64,000 bases of DNA from Microcoleus sp. (GTDB lineage Bacteria; Cyanobacteriota; Cyanobacteriia; Cyanobacteriales; Microcoleaceae), in the NCBI GenBank assembly GCA_042408215.1, contig JAYFMW010000006.1, positions 960,001 to 1,024,000 on the forward strand, read 5' to 3'. Shown here one piece after another: positions 41,719 through 51,719 of this stretch. A program made the translations under genes and the position numbers. Numbering within the stretch: position 1 is the first letter of the stretch; each line of letters starts with the position of its first letter. The notes under the pieces were generated by a model, which was given only the letters and a program-made list of their open reading frames with translations, was not told the DNA's origin and did no database searches.

Positions 41719-43041
41719 ATGGCTCCCACATCAAGTTTGTTAATCCGCCACGCTCGCATTCTTCTGCCCAATGGCGAGTTTTTGGTAGGGGATGTGCTAA
41801 TCTGCGATCGCAAAATTGTCAAGGTTGCTGCTGAAATTGTCGAATCGGGCGATCGCGAAATAGACGCGATCGGTTTAACTTTGTTACCGGGAGTAATTGA
41901 CCCCCAGGTGCACTTCCGCGAACCGGGGTTGGAACACAAGGAAGATTTGTTTACGGCTAGCTGTGCTTGCGCTAAAGGCGGCGTGACATCATTTTTGGAA
42001 ATGCCGAATACGCGACCTTTGACCACAACTCAAGCTGCTTTAGATGATAAACTGCGCCGCGCGGCCGAGAAGTGTTTGGTTAATTATGGCTTTTTTATTG
42101 GAGCTACGGCTGAGATTTTACCGGATTTATTGACCGCCAATCCGACATCGGGAATTAAGGTGTTCATGGGTTCGATGCACGGGCAGTTATTGATGGATGA
42201 TGAAGCAGTTTTAGAGGCGATTTTTGCTAAGGGCGATCGACTGATTGCGGTACACGCAGAAGACCAAGCTAGAATTAATCAGCGTCGTCAAGAATTTGCC
42301 GGGATTTCCGATGTTGCAGTTCACTCACAAATTCAAGACAATCAAGCTGCTTTGTTAGCTACTCAGTTAGCCTTAAAACTTTCTCAAAAATATCAGCGCC
42401 GACTGCATATTCTGCACCTATCTACAGGAGAAGAAGCGGAGTTATTGCGGCAAGAAAAACCGAGTTGGGTAACGGCGGAAGTGACACCACAGCATTTGTT
42501 ATTAAATACCAGTGCTTATGCAACTATTGGCAGTTTAGCTCAAATGAATCCACCTTTGCGATCGCCCCGCGATAACGAAATACTTTGGCAAGCTTTACTC
42601 GACGGCGTAATTGATTTTATCGCCACGGATCACGCGCCGCACACCTTAGCCGAAAAAGCTCAAGATTATCCAAATACACCGTCAGGAATGCCCGGTGTTG
42701 AAACTTCTTTGCCTTTGATGCTGACCCAAGCAGTCCAGGGAAGGTGTACAGTTGCTCAAGTTGCTAATTGGATGTCGGCGGCGGTTGCTAAGGCTTACAA
42801 GATTCCGAATAAGGGTAAAATTGCGCCCGGTTTTGATGCAGATTTGGTATTAGTAGATTTGGACAACTACCGCCCGGTGGTGCGATCGGAAATGGCGAGT
42901 AAGTGCGGCTGGAGCCCGTTTGAAGGTTGGAATTTGACTGGGTGGCCTGTGGTGACTGTTGTGGGAGGAAAAGTGGTTTTTGATCGTGGAAAATTGGATA
43001 CAAATGTGAGGGGAGAAGCCTTGACATTTGACGCTGAGTAA
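41719..43041 (+). CDS. pyrC: Dihydroorotase
   Basis: PGVIDPQVHFREPG, EMPNT, EVTPQHL, QMNPPLR and ATDHAPH motifs. Confidence 0.92.
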   Translation: MAPTSSLLIRHARILLPNGEFLVGDVLICDRKIVKVAAEIVESGDREIDAIGLTLLPGVIDPQVHFREPGLEHKEDLFTASCACAKGGVTSFLEMPNTRPLTTTQAALDDKLRRAAEKCLVNYGFFIGATAEILPDLLTANPTSGIKVFMGSMHGQLLMDDEAVLEAIFAKGDRLIAVHAEDQARINQRRQEFAGISDVAVHSQIQDNQAALLATQLALKLSQKYQRRLHILHLSTGEEAELLRQEKPSWVTAEVTPQHLLLNTSAYATIGSLAQMNPPLRSPRDNEILWQALLDGVIDFIATDHAPHTLAEKAQDYPNTPSGMPGVETSLPLMLTQAVQGRCTVAQVANWMSAAVAKAYKIPNKGKIAPGFDADLVLVDLDNYRPVVRSEMASKCGWSPFEGWNLTGWPVVTVVGGKVVFDRGKLDTNVRGEALTFDAE

Positions 43042-43101
43042 GCATGAATTAAGGTCAAGTGTTAGAATTGGGTATTCCCGATCGCAAAGGCGATATTACC
43101 C

Positions 43102-43401
43102 ATGCTTCTCCAAGAACTAGAAACACAACTCCAGGGCTTAACTCCGACTGAGAAAGCTGAAGCCATCCGGCTTTTAACCCAAAGTTAAAACAATAGCTGG
43201 CCAGGAATTACCAAAACTCCCGACTTGTCTCGCATCCCAGTTTGGCTGCTTGAAAGTTTTCGCCGTGAAGGTTCAAGCGATGCTGAAATTCTGCAATTTT
43301 ATCCTAATTTGAATGCTGAAAACTTAGTCAATGTCTGGACTTATGCTGATGCACATCTAGAGGAAATCGAACAAGCAATCTGCAACAATGAGGAAGACTG
43401 A
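43102..43401 (+). pseudogene. DUF433 (antitoxin-like) gene with premature TAA and internal deletion
   Basis: MLLQELETQL..EKAEAIRLLTQS*NNSWPGITKTP[gap]RIPVWLL...G.SDAEILQFYPNL...EIEQAI; the usual GVCGG.ACI segment is missing. Confidence 0.8.
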
Positions 43402-43554
43402 CTTCAGAATTATTCTCCTCTCTCTTCTCTAACTCTGTGTTCTCTGCGTACTCTGCGGTTAAATCATTCCGATGCAACCGGAATTGGTATAATAGACATC
43501 TCCATAACAGCAAGCTTTGAACAGGCCTGTTCCACTATTGGAGATGTCTAATAA

Positions 43555-43998
43555 TTAATCCCATAATTGGCAATCACCAATCAATTCAATTTGCCGCCCA
43601 TTATCGCAATAACTTAAACAAATTTGCAAATAATTATCTGGTTTGTAGGGCAATCTTTCCGCCCATTCGATCGCCACAATTCCCAAATCCATTTCTAATC
43701 CGTCCCAATAACTTTCCAAGTGCAAAGCCTCGGCTTCCTCTGGTTCTAACCGATATAAATCCAAATGATAAAGCGGAATTCGCCCGACTAAATACTCGTT
43801 AATCAGGGTAAAAGTAGGGCTATCAATAGAGTCTTGAATTCCCAAACCTTCAGCGATACCTTGAACTAGAGTAGTTTTGCCAGCACCTAAATCTCCTTGT
43901 AATAAGATTACACTGCCGGCGGGGAGCGATCGCCCTAATGCTACACCCAACTTGCGGGTAGCTTCAGCATCTGGAAGAGAAAGTATCATTTTAGTCAT
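43555..43998 (-). CDS. tsaE: tRNA threonylcarbamoyladenosine biosynthesis ATPase
   Basis: GDLGAGKTT, SPTFTL, HLDLYRL and IEW motifs. Confidence 0.96.
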   Translation of the reverse strand: MTKMILSLPDAEATRKLGVALGRSLPAGSVILLQGDLGAGKTTLVQGIAEGLGIQDSIDSPTFTLINEYLVGRIPLYHLDLYRLEPEEAEALHLESYWDGLEMDLGIVAIEWAERLPYKPDNYLQICLSYCDNGRQIELIGDCQLWD

Positions 43999-44211
43999 TA
44001 GTTATTAGTCATTAGTCATTAGTCATTAGTTATTAGTCATTAGTCATTAGTCATTAGTCATTCGTTATTTGTCCTATGTTATTTGTCCTATGTTATTTGT
44101 CCTATGTTATTTGTTACTCGCTTGGCTCTGCGAATAACCAATAGCCAATAACATGAGTCAACAGTCAACAGTCAACAGTCAACAGTCAACAGTCAACAGT
44201 CAACAGTCAAC
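43991..44211. repeat. STRR arrays (TTAGTCA, 14-mer GTTATTTGTCCTAT, CAACAGT)
   Basis: Visible tandem units. Confidence 0.92.
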
Positions 44212-44214
44212 AAA

Positions 44215-45615
44215 TTAAATGTTCTGGGCGCGACTGTACCACCGCAGCAACATCCCAGCTAGTCTCTGAGAATTGTGGCGAATTAAGCCTGTTGTTTTGT
44301 CCTCATCCATCACGTTTGCAATCACAATTCGCCTCCCCAATTCCGTTACGGCTGCTCGATCGAGCACCACAGGATAGGAATTCTCCTGAGAATAACGGAT
44401 CAAAGCTTTTGCAGAAGGGACTTTTCCTTGAACTACTACAGCATCAAATAGTGGCCGGCCGCAAGCACGGTCGATCGCCCGAATATGATCCGCTACCGTA
44501 TATCCATCAGTTTCCCCCGGCTGAGTCATAATATTGCAGACATAAATGCGCGGAACTTGACTATGGGCGATCGCATCGGCAATTTCCGGCACCAACAAAT
44601 TCGGAATTACACTCGTATACAGACTCCCCGGCCCAATAATCATAAAATCCGCTTCCCTCAGCGCTTCCACAACCCTCGGCAAAGCCGGAGGATTAGCAGG
44701 AGTACAGCCTATTTTGAGGATTTTCCCGTTAGCTTTCGTAATGCTGGACTCCCCCTCAATCCTCCGGCCGTCGGCCAGTTCTGCCCACAAAGAAACATCG
44801 CTCAGAGTAGCCGGCAGCACTTGCCCCCTCACGGCTAAAACCTTAGAACTAGCGGCGATCGCCTGTTCCAAATCTCCAGCAATATCGCTCATCGCCGTCA
44901 AAAACAAATTCCCAAAACTGTGACCAATCAAACCGTCACCGGCCCGAAAGCGATACTGAAATAACTCAGTCAATAACTTTTCCTCATCGGCCAAAGCAGC
45001 CAAACAATTGCGAATGTCACCCGGTGGTAACACCCCAATTTCCCGCCGCAGCCGCCCGGAAGACCCGCCGTCATCGGCCACCGTGACAATAGCAGTGATT
45101 TTGGCACTATAGTCCTTCAATCCCCTGAGCAAATTGGAAAGGCCCGTACCGCCCCCAATTGACACAATTTTCGGCCCACGGTGCAGGCGGCGGTGGTTGA
45201 GGAGTCGATCGACCAATTCCTCGTTTCCTTCGGGCATTAGCACTTGAGTAATGGAGTTCAAACTGCGGGTTTGTCCCCAGAGAATTAACAAAACACCGGT
45301 GGCGATGACTACGGGGCCCGATATGTAATTGGGAACAACTTCCGCAATCCACGTCAAAAAATTTCTCAACAATTGCAACAAAAAGAAAATGGGAGTCATC
45401 CCAGTCCAAATCGCTAAACCCAAACTAGCAAGTACCACTCCACTTGCACTGATCAGCAGCCACCGTTTCACCAACAGTCCGGGGGACAACCACTTGAACC
45501 ACTGGTGAACACGCCCGTTCCGCAAAGAGGGAGGGTAAGGATTTCTGGACTTGGCAACAACCTGTCTGGCTTTAGCCAAGATGCGGAGGGCTTTAGGAAA
45601 TAAACTAATTGACAT
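44215..45615 (-). CDS. yvcK: YvcK/CofD-related UDP-GlcNAc-binding gluconeogenesis factor
   Basis: [32 protein letters not shown] and GPGSLYTS motifs. Confidence 0.95.
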   Translation of the reverse strand: MSISLFPKALRILAKARQVVAKSRNPYPPSLRNGRVHQWFKWLSPGLLVKRWLLISASGVVLASLGLAIWTGMTPIFFLLQLLRNFLTWIAEVVPNYISGPVVIATGVLLILWGQTRSLNSITQVLMPEGNEELVDRLLNHRRLHRGPKIVSIGGGTGLSNLLRGLKDYSAKITAIVTVADDGGSSGRLRREIGVLPPGDIRNCLAALADEEKLLTELFQYRFRAGDGLIGHSFGNLFLTAMSDIAGDLEQAIAASSKVLAVRGQVLPATLSDVSLWAELADGRRIEGESSITKANGKILKIGCTPANPPALPRVVEALREADFMIIGPGSLYTSVIPNLLVPEIADAIAHSQVPRIYVCNIMTQPGETDGYTVADHIRAIDRACGRPLFDAVVVQGKVPSAKALIRYSQENSYPVVLDRAAVTELGRRIVIANVMDEDKTTGLIRHNSQRLAGMLLRWYSRAQNI

Positions 45616-45786
45616 GATTAATTAGTCTTAAGGGTATCGGAACAGATCCAACTGACAAATTTAGAATACAAGAGAGTTTTGATTCTGACAGTCAATTTAA
45701 GTTATTAGTCATTAGTCATTAGTCAAGAGTCATTAGTCATTAGCTAGACTGATGACTGGGGACTGATAACATCTTAATCACATATT

Positions 45787-46569
45787 ATGGCTGAGCCGCT
45801 AATCGAACTCAAGGGCATAAGTAAGTCCTTTGGTCAGAGTCCGATCCTCGATCGAGTAGATTTGAGGATTGATCGGGGAGAGGCCTTGGCAATTATTGGC
45901 CCTTCCGGGACGGGGAAATCTACGATTTTGCGGATCATTGCGGGTTTGCTGGCCCCGGATGCCGGTGAGGTTTTTGTTCAGGGACAACGCAGGGTTGGAT
46001 GGGTGGACGACGTGGTAGATCCGATCGGGATTGGGATGGTGTTTCAGCAAGCGGCTTTGTTTGATTCGCTGACGGTGGAGGAGAATGTTGGTTTTTTACT
46101 GTACCAGCATTCTAAGCTGCCGCGCCGTCGGATTCGAGAATTGGTGGAGGAAAAGTTGGAGATGGTGGGTTTGCCGAAAATTGGCGATCGCTATCCCGCC
46201 CAGTTGTCTGGGGGAATGCGGAAGCGCGTCAGTTTTGCCCGGGCAATTATGGCGAATCCAGATCATGCTAGGGACAATCCAGAGGTTTTGCTGTACGACG
46301 AACCGACGGCTGGTTTAGATCCGATCGCCTCAACAGTAATTGAAGATTTAATTCGTGATTTGCAAGCCGCGAAAAGTGTTTGCAGCACTTATGCGATCGT
46401 CACTCACCAAGATAGCACCATCCGCCGCACAGCCGATCGCATCGTATTTCTCTATCAAGGAAAAGTGCAGTGGGAGGGAACTGTCAGCGATATTGCATCG
46501 ACAGATAATTTATTAATTCAACAATTTTTTAGCGGCAGCGTTAATGGGCCGATTCAAGTGATTGGATAG
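45787..46569 (+). CDS. mlaF: ABC transporter ATP-binding protein (MlaF/TGD3-like)
   Basis: GPSGTGKS, LSGGMRKRVSFARA and LYDEPTAGLDP motifs; upstream of mlaD. Confidence 0.88.
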   Translation: MAEPLIELKGISKSFGQSPILDRVDLRIDRGEALAIIGPSGTGKSTILRIIAGLLAPDAGEVFVQGQRRVGWVDDVVDPIGIGMVFQQAALFDSLTVEENVGFLLYQHSKLPRRRIRELVEEKLEMVGLPKIGDRYPAQLSGGMRKRVSFARAIMANPDHARDNPEVLLYDEPTAGLDPIASTVIEDLIRDLQAAKSVCSTYAIVTHQDSTIRRTADRIVFLYQGKVQWEGTVSDIASTDNLLIQQFFSGSVNGPIQVIG

Positions 46570-46945
46570 TTATTAGTCAGCAGTTATTAGTCAGCAGTCA
46601 TTAGTCATTAGTTATTAGTCAGCAGTCATTAGTCAGCAGTCATTAGTCATTAGTTATTAGTCAGCAGTCATTAGTCATTAGTCATTAGTCAGCAGTCATT
46701 AGTCAGCAGTCATTAGTCAGCAGTCATTAGTCAGCAGTCATTAGTCATTAGTTATTAGTTATTAGTCAGCAGTCATTAGTCAGCAGTCATTAGTCAGCAG
46801 TCATTAGTCATTAGTTATTAGTCATTAGTTATTAGTCAGCAGTCAGCAGTCATTAGTCATTAGTTATTAGTCATTAGTTATTAGTCAGCAGTCATTAGTC
46901 AGCAGTCATTAGTCATTAGTCAGCAGTCATTAGTCATTAGTCATT
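46568..46945 (+). repeat. 54-unit heptamer array (AGTCATT/AGTCAGC/AGTTATT)
   Basis: 378 bp in unbroken 7-nt register. Confidence 0.95.
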
Positions 46946-46960
46946 AAGCTTGAGGGTAAT

Positions 46961-47341
46961 ATGGCAACAAAAAGTTTTCAGGAATTGCGAGTTTATAAAT
47001 TATCAGAACGACTAGCTGATGAAATTTGGACAACTGTTAACACCTGGGAGCCGTTGGCCAAAAATACGATAGGCCAACAAATTGTTCGTTCAGCCGATAG
47101 CGTCGGTGCTAACATAGCAGAAGGAGTCGGACGAGGCAGCTATCAAGACAATAGACGTTTTGTCAAGATAGCTAGAGGTTCTTTATATGAAACTCAACAC
47201 TGGTTGAGACGAGCTTACACTCGAAACCTTTTAACTGTTCAACAAGTAAATACATTCACAGCAATCATTAATGACTTAGCCCCTCAATTAAACTCATACC
47301 TACAATCTATCGGGTCATCCCCTAAAAATTATGACCAATAA
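46961..47341 (+). CDS. Four helix bundle protein (23S rRNA IVS protein / Avd-like family)
   Basis: SFQELRVY, QIVRSADSVGANIAEG.GR and RFVKIARGSLYET..WL motifs. Confidence 0.95.
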   Translation: MATKSFQELRVYKLSERLADEIWTTVNTWEPLAKNTIGQQIVRSADSVGANIAEGVGRGSYQDNRRFVKIARGSLYETQHWLRRAYTRNLLTVQQVNTFTAIINDLAPQLNSYLQSIGSSPKNYDQ

Positions 47342-47434
47342 CTAAGAATTAATAACTCATGACTAATGACCAATAACTAATGACTAATGACCAATAACTA
47401 ATGACTAATGACTAATGACTAATGACTAATGACT
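47330..47434 (-). repeat. 15-unit heptamer array (AATGACT/AATAACT/AATGACC), inverted relative to 46568-46945
   Basis: Mostly reverse complements of the upstream units. Confidence 0.92.
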
Positions 47435-47445
47435 AAGGAGGCAAT

Positions 47446-48936
47446 ATGCGATCGCGAACTGTAAGAGAAGGTTCTGTCGGTTTTTTAATTTTAGTAGGAA
47501 TCGGCTTATTTGGAGGCTTAGTCCTCTGGCTGAATGGCGTGCAGCTAGGCAACCGCAACTACAAATTTGCCGTAGAATTTGCCAGCGCCCAAGGGATGCA
47601 AATCGGCACAACCGTCAGGTATCGCGGGGTTGCAGTCGGTAAAATTACTGCCATCAAACCGGGCTCCAACGGGGTAGACGTGACCCTGGAAATTTCCCCT
47701 GGTAGCTTAGTAATTCCCCGCGATGTGGCGATCGAAGCGAATAAATCCGGTTTAATTGGAGAAGCATCGATCGACATTACGCCCAATTCAATTCTACCAG
47801 AATCTTTACTTACCGCCAATCCTTTTAGTGCCGACTGTCCCCCTGAGATTATCTGCAAAAATTCCCGATTGAAAGGCCAAGCTGGAGTAAGTCTCGACGA
47901 ACTAATTCGCTCCACAGTCCGCCTAGCTAACTTGTACACAGACCCCGCCCTATTCAACAATATTAAATCGCTTTCTGCCAACACAGCAAATACGGCTAAA
48001 TCGGCGGCTAAACTCACTCAAGAATTATCTATTTTAACCAAAACTACGACAGGAGAAATCACCAGTTTGAGTCAATCAGTAAAAGGAGAATTTAGCAGCT
48101 TAAATCAATCTGTAAAAGGCGAGTTAGGAAGTTTAAATCAATCCTTAAAAGGAGAAGCCGGTATTTTAACTCAATCCCTGAGAGGGGAAATAGTCAGTTT
48201 AAATAAATCAGCTAAAGGAGAATTGTCAGCAGTTTCAACCGATATTAGAAAAGTTACAGCAACGGCCGACAATTCCACAAAAGAAGTAACTGCCGCTGCG
48301 ATCGCTTCCGCCAACTCAGTAACTCAAGCAGCCAATCAAATTACTTTAACAGCCAACCAACTCAATTCCTTAGTAGCAACCAACAGATCCAGTTTAGTCT
48401 CAACTCTGAATAATATCAATCAAGCCAGTCAAGAACTGCGTGTAACTGTCAGCAGTTTAAGTCCGACAATTAATCGAATTAACCAAGGACAAATACTGAA
48501 TAATTTAGAAGTTTTATCAGCCAATGCGGCCGAAGCTTCTGCTAATTTGCGAGATTTATCCACCAAGGTCAACCATCCCGCCAACTTGCTATTATTGCAG
48601 CAAACTTTAGATGCCGCACGGGCTACATTGCAGAACGTGCAGAAAATCACTTCCGACGTAGATGATTTGACAGGAGATCCGGCTTTCCGCAACAACATTC
48701 GCAGGTTATTCAACGGATTAGGAGGCTTGTTGGGTTCCACCGAACAATTGCGACAACAAGTTGCAGTATCTCAAACATTAGCTCCCCTTTCAGAGCAAGT
48801 AAATATCAACACAAATGGGGTAAATCAATCAATCGAGCCGGGATTTCCCAACTTGCACAAAAAACAAAAATTGCCAATTTTTCCCTCTCAAACCGCCACC
48901 AACGCAGAGCCTGTAGGCAGTGAAAATAATCCCTAA
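47446..48936 (+). CDS. mlaD: MlaD/MCE family protein
   Basis: REGSVG, GMQIGTTVRYRGVAVG and SGLIGE motifs; long coiled coil; DLTGDP.FR.N. Confidence 0.92.
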   Translation: MRSRTVREGSVGFLILVGIGLFGGLVLWLNGVQLGNRNYKFAVEFASAQGMQIGTTVRYRGVAVGKITAIKPGSNGVDVTLEISPGSLVIPRDVAIEANKSGLIGEASIDITPNSILPESLLTANPFSADCPPEIICKNSRLKGQAGVSLDELIRSTVRLANLYTDPALFNNIKSLSANTANTAKSAAKLTQELSILTKTTTGEITSLSQSVKGEFSSLNQSVKGELGSLNQSLKGEAGILTQSLRGEIVSLNKSAKGELSAVSTDIRKVTATADNSTKEVTAAAIASANSVTQAANQITLTANQLNSLVATNRSSLVSTLNNINQASQELRVTVSSLSPTINRINQGQILNNLEVLSANAAEASANLRDLSTKVNHPANLLLLQQTLDAARATLQNVQKITSDVDDLTGDPAFRNNIRRLFNGLGGLLGSTEQLRQQVAVSQTLAPLSEQVNINTNGVNQSIEPGFPNLHKKQKLPIFPSQTATNAEPVGSENNP

Positions 48937-49051
48937 AATATGGGATAATTGAAAATAGCAATACTTGCAAAATTTTCTGTTGCCTAACTCGGCGCGATCG
49001 GCAGAAAGGTGAATTAAATAAACAGCCTTTTAACTAAAAAAAACCAAACCT

Positions 49052-49843
49052 ATGACGCAAACATTATCAAAGCAGATCGAAATCAAAACCCAATATACTG
49101 TAACTTGGGAAAAGTTACCAGATGACTTTAAATTACCGGACGATCCCGTGGAAAACATCGACCAACCACTTTTAGCCGCAGCCCTGCGAGAAGCATTGGA
49201 TCTCGCAGGATTTATCTTAGCAGAAATGCTGATAGCTTCTAACTTTGGACTCTGTGCTAAAGTCAATGAAAAAACAGTAGTAAAAGCACCAGATTGGGTA
49301 TACGTTCCCTCAGTATTTCCCGCAGCAGCAGGAGAAATCCGCCGCAGTTATACTCCCAATGCGGAGGGGGAAGTTCCCGCAGTAGTGATGGAATTTTTAT
49401 CAGACGATCGTGAGGCTGAATATTCGATAAAACCGACATATCCTTATGGGAAGTGGTGGTTTTATGAGCGGATTTTGCAAGTTCCGGTTTATGCAATCTT
49501 TGAACCAAAATCGGGAAGATTGGAAGTATACAAACTGATTTCTGGAAAATACGAGCTGCAAGCAGCGGATGGTGGCCGTTATTCGCTTGAATCAATGGGT
49601 TTATTTTTGGGGGTTTGGGAAGGCGAAAAATCCCAGAGAAGGGGTTATTGGCTACGCTGGTGGGATGAGAATGGCAATTTGTTGCTGTGGGGTGCGGAAC
49701 GGGTGGAACAGGAACGTTTGCGAGCCGAACAGGAATGTTTGCGGGCGGAAGAGGAACGTTTGCGGGCGGAAGAGGAACGTTTGCGGGGCGATCGACTTGC
49801 AGCATACTTGAGAAGTCAGGGTATCAATCCCGATGGAATTTGA
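49052..49843 (+). CDS. Uma2 family endonuclease (DUF820) with C-terminal 21-nt repeats
   Basis: KAPDW.YVP, VMEFLS, YERILQVPVY.IF and (AEEERLR)n. Confidence 0.9.
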   Translation: MTQTLSKQIEIKTQYTVTWEKLPDDFKLPDDPVENIDQPLLAAALREALDLAGFILAEMLIASNFGLCAKVNEKTVVKAPDWVYVPSVFPAAAGEIRRSYTPNAEGEVPAVVMEFLSDDREAEYSIKPTYPYGKWWFYERILQVPVYAIFEPKSGRLEVYKLISGKYELQAADGGRYSLESMGLFLGVWEGEKSQRRGYWLRWWDENGNLLLWGAERVEQERLRAEQECLRAEEERLRAEEERLRGDRLAAYLRSQGINPDGI

Positions 49844-50098
49844 GGGTGTCGGGTATTGGTGACAACTTAAGACTGAAAGCCTTGAGAAATCTCGTTTTTA
49901 GCTGAGTCTAGATCCCCCTAAATCCCCCTTAAGAAGGGGGACTTTGAGCGTTTCCGGTTCCCCCCATCAATGCCTAAGACCAATAATCTCATAAACCCGC
50001 CCCCGCGCAACGATAAATCGATCGAACAAAAGTTAATAAAATTGAGAAAGCAGTTGCGCTGTCAAAAGATTAAACTAAAAGATTGATCGGGAGAAAAC

Positions 50099-50681
50099 AT
50101 GACACAAACAGTAGTCAAAAAGTCAATTACTGATAGTTTCCTGACTCTGAAAGGAGTGAGTTGGTCGCAATTTGAATCACTCGAAGCCGCTTTTGAGTCT
50201 GTCGGCGGTATCAAATTCGCTTACTTAGATGGGATTTTAGAAATTATGACAGTTCAGCCCCGAACATGAAGAGACAAAGGGTACTATCAGGGCTTTATTA
50301 GAAGCATACCTGAGAGAGAAGAGCATCCGATTTTATGTTAAGGGCGGGCCGACTTTTGGGAGTAAAGAATTAAGGGCAAGAAAAGAGTCTGATGAGTCGT
50401 ATAATTTGCAGACTAAAAAGGCAATTCCCGATTTGGCGATCGCAGTTATATTCACCAGCGGCGGCATTGATAAACTGCAACTATACAAGCGGTTGGGTAT
50501 ACCAGAAGTTTGGTTTTGGGAAGATGGAGTGCTGAGTATTTATTACTTGAGGGAGGATTACGAAAAAGTCGATCGCAGCGAGTTGTTGCCGGAGTTAGAC
50601 ATTGCTTTGTTAGTGAGATATGTAACTTACTTTGACCAATATGATGCTGTCACTGAATTCATCAAAGCCTTGCGGGAATAG
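50099..50681 (+). pseudogene. Uma2 family endonuclease, +1 frameshift near 50255
   Basis: MTQT..VSWSQF..YLDGILEIMTV / SPEHEE..PDLAIAVIFTSGGIDKL..Y..LGIPEVWFW; span 583 = 3n+1. Confidence 0.85.
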
Positions 50682-50704
50682 TTCAAGTAACCTAAAATTA
50701 AATA

Positions 50705-51055
50705 TACAGCGTATTCCAGGTTTATGAAGTGTAGGTGACCAGGCATTCCATTGGTGTCAACTTAAGCCTGAAAGCCTTGAGAAATCTCGTTTTTAGCTGA
50801 GTCTAGATCCCCCTAAATCCCCCTTAAGAAGGGGGACTTAAAGAGGCTTCCTGTCCCACACCCCCTACTCCCCTACTCCCCTTCTTAAGGGGAGTAGGGG
50901 TTGAGTAGGGGGCAAGAATGCGGGGGGATCTAGGCTTAATGGTCAAACAGCAGTCTCTGACTGGGTTTAACGTTAAGTTGACACCAATGGGCTCCTGGAG
51001 TGTCCCTAGGGGGATCGATCGCGCGGTATACTTCGTCAACCTGGAATCTGCTGTA
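50705..51055. mobile_element. Nested MITEs (inner CATTGGTGTCAACTTAA element at 50749-50989; partial relative at ~49854-49965)
   Basis: Same TIRs and shell as 38209-38546. Confidence 0.8.
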
Positions 51056-51078
51056 ACTAGAATAAAGGAGCGATCGAC

Positions 51079-51705
51079 ATGATTCAAGCCTTAACAAAAT
51101 TAGTAACATTTGACGAATTCATTGCGTGGTATCCTGAAAATTCAGAACACCACTACGAATTGCACAATGGAGTAATTGTTGAAAGGCCCAAAGGAACTGG
51201 CAAACATTCAGATTTAGGAGGTTTTTTGGTTGGTAAATTTCATTTTGAGATTCGACGACTGCACTTACCTTGGTCGGTTCCCAGAGAATACGTCCTTAAA
51301 CCCGATCGCGACGAATCAGGATATGAGCCAGATGTTATCGTTCTCGATCGACAGCAAGTGATAAATGAACCGCGTTGGGCAGCAGAATCGATGATCGCAA
51401 TGGGTTCGTCGGTGCGTTTAGCAGTAGAAGTAGTCAGCACTAACTGGCAGACTGACTATCTTACCAAACTGCGAGATTATGAAGAAATGGGCATTCTTGA
51501 ATACTGGATTGTCGATTATTTGGGATTGGGTGGAAGACGCTACATCGGTAATCCCAAACAACCTACGCTTTCGGTGTATCAATTAGTTGACGGGGAGTAC
51601 GATTTGAGTCAGTTCCGGGGAGACGATCGAATTGAATCGGCTGCTTTTCCAGAGTTAAATTTGACTGCTAAACAGGTGTTTGACGCAGGAATTGTGAATG
51701 AATAA
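51079..51705 (+). CDS. Uma2 family endonuclease
   Basis: YELHNG, YEPDVIV, VEVVSTNW and YEEMGILEYWIVD motifs. Confidence 0.9.
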   Translation: MIQALTKLVTFDEFIAWYPENSEHHYELHNGVIVERPKGTGKHSDLGGFLVGKFHFEIRRLHLPWSVPREYVLKPDRDESGYEPDVIVLDRQQVINEPRWAAESMIAMGSSVRLAVEVVSTNWQTDYLTKLRDYEEMGILEYWIVDYLGLGGRRYIGNPKQPTLSVYQLVDGEYDLSQFRGDDRIESAAFPELNLTAKQVFDAGIVNE

Positions 51706-51719
51706 GGAGTGAATTCGCC

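Noticed and set aside
46568..46945. CRISPR array
   Set aside because: Contiguous heptamers with no unique spacers; no cas genes or CRISPR-like array were seen anywhere in the window
46961..47341. Diversity-generating retroelement (Avd-like gene)
   Set aside because: No reverse transcriptase and no template/variable repeat pair with adenine-specific mismatches in the window
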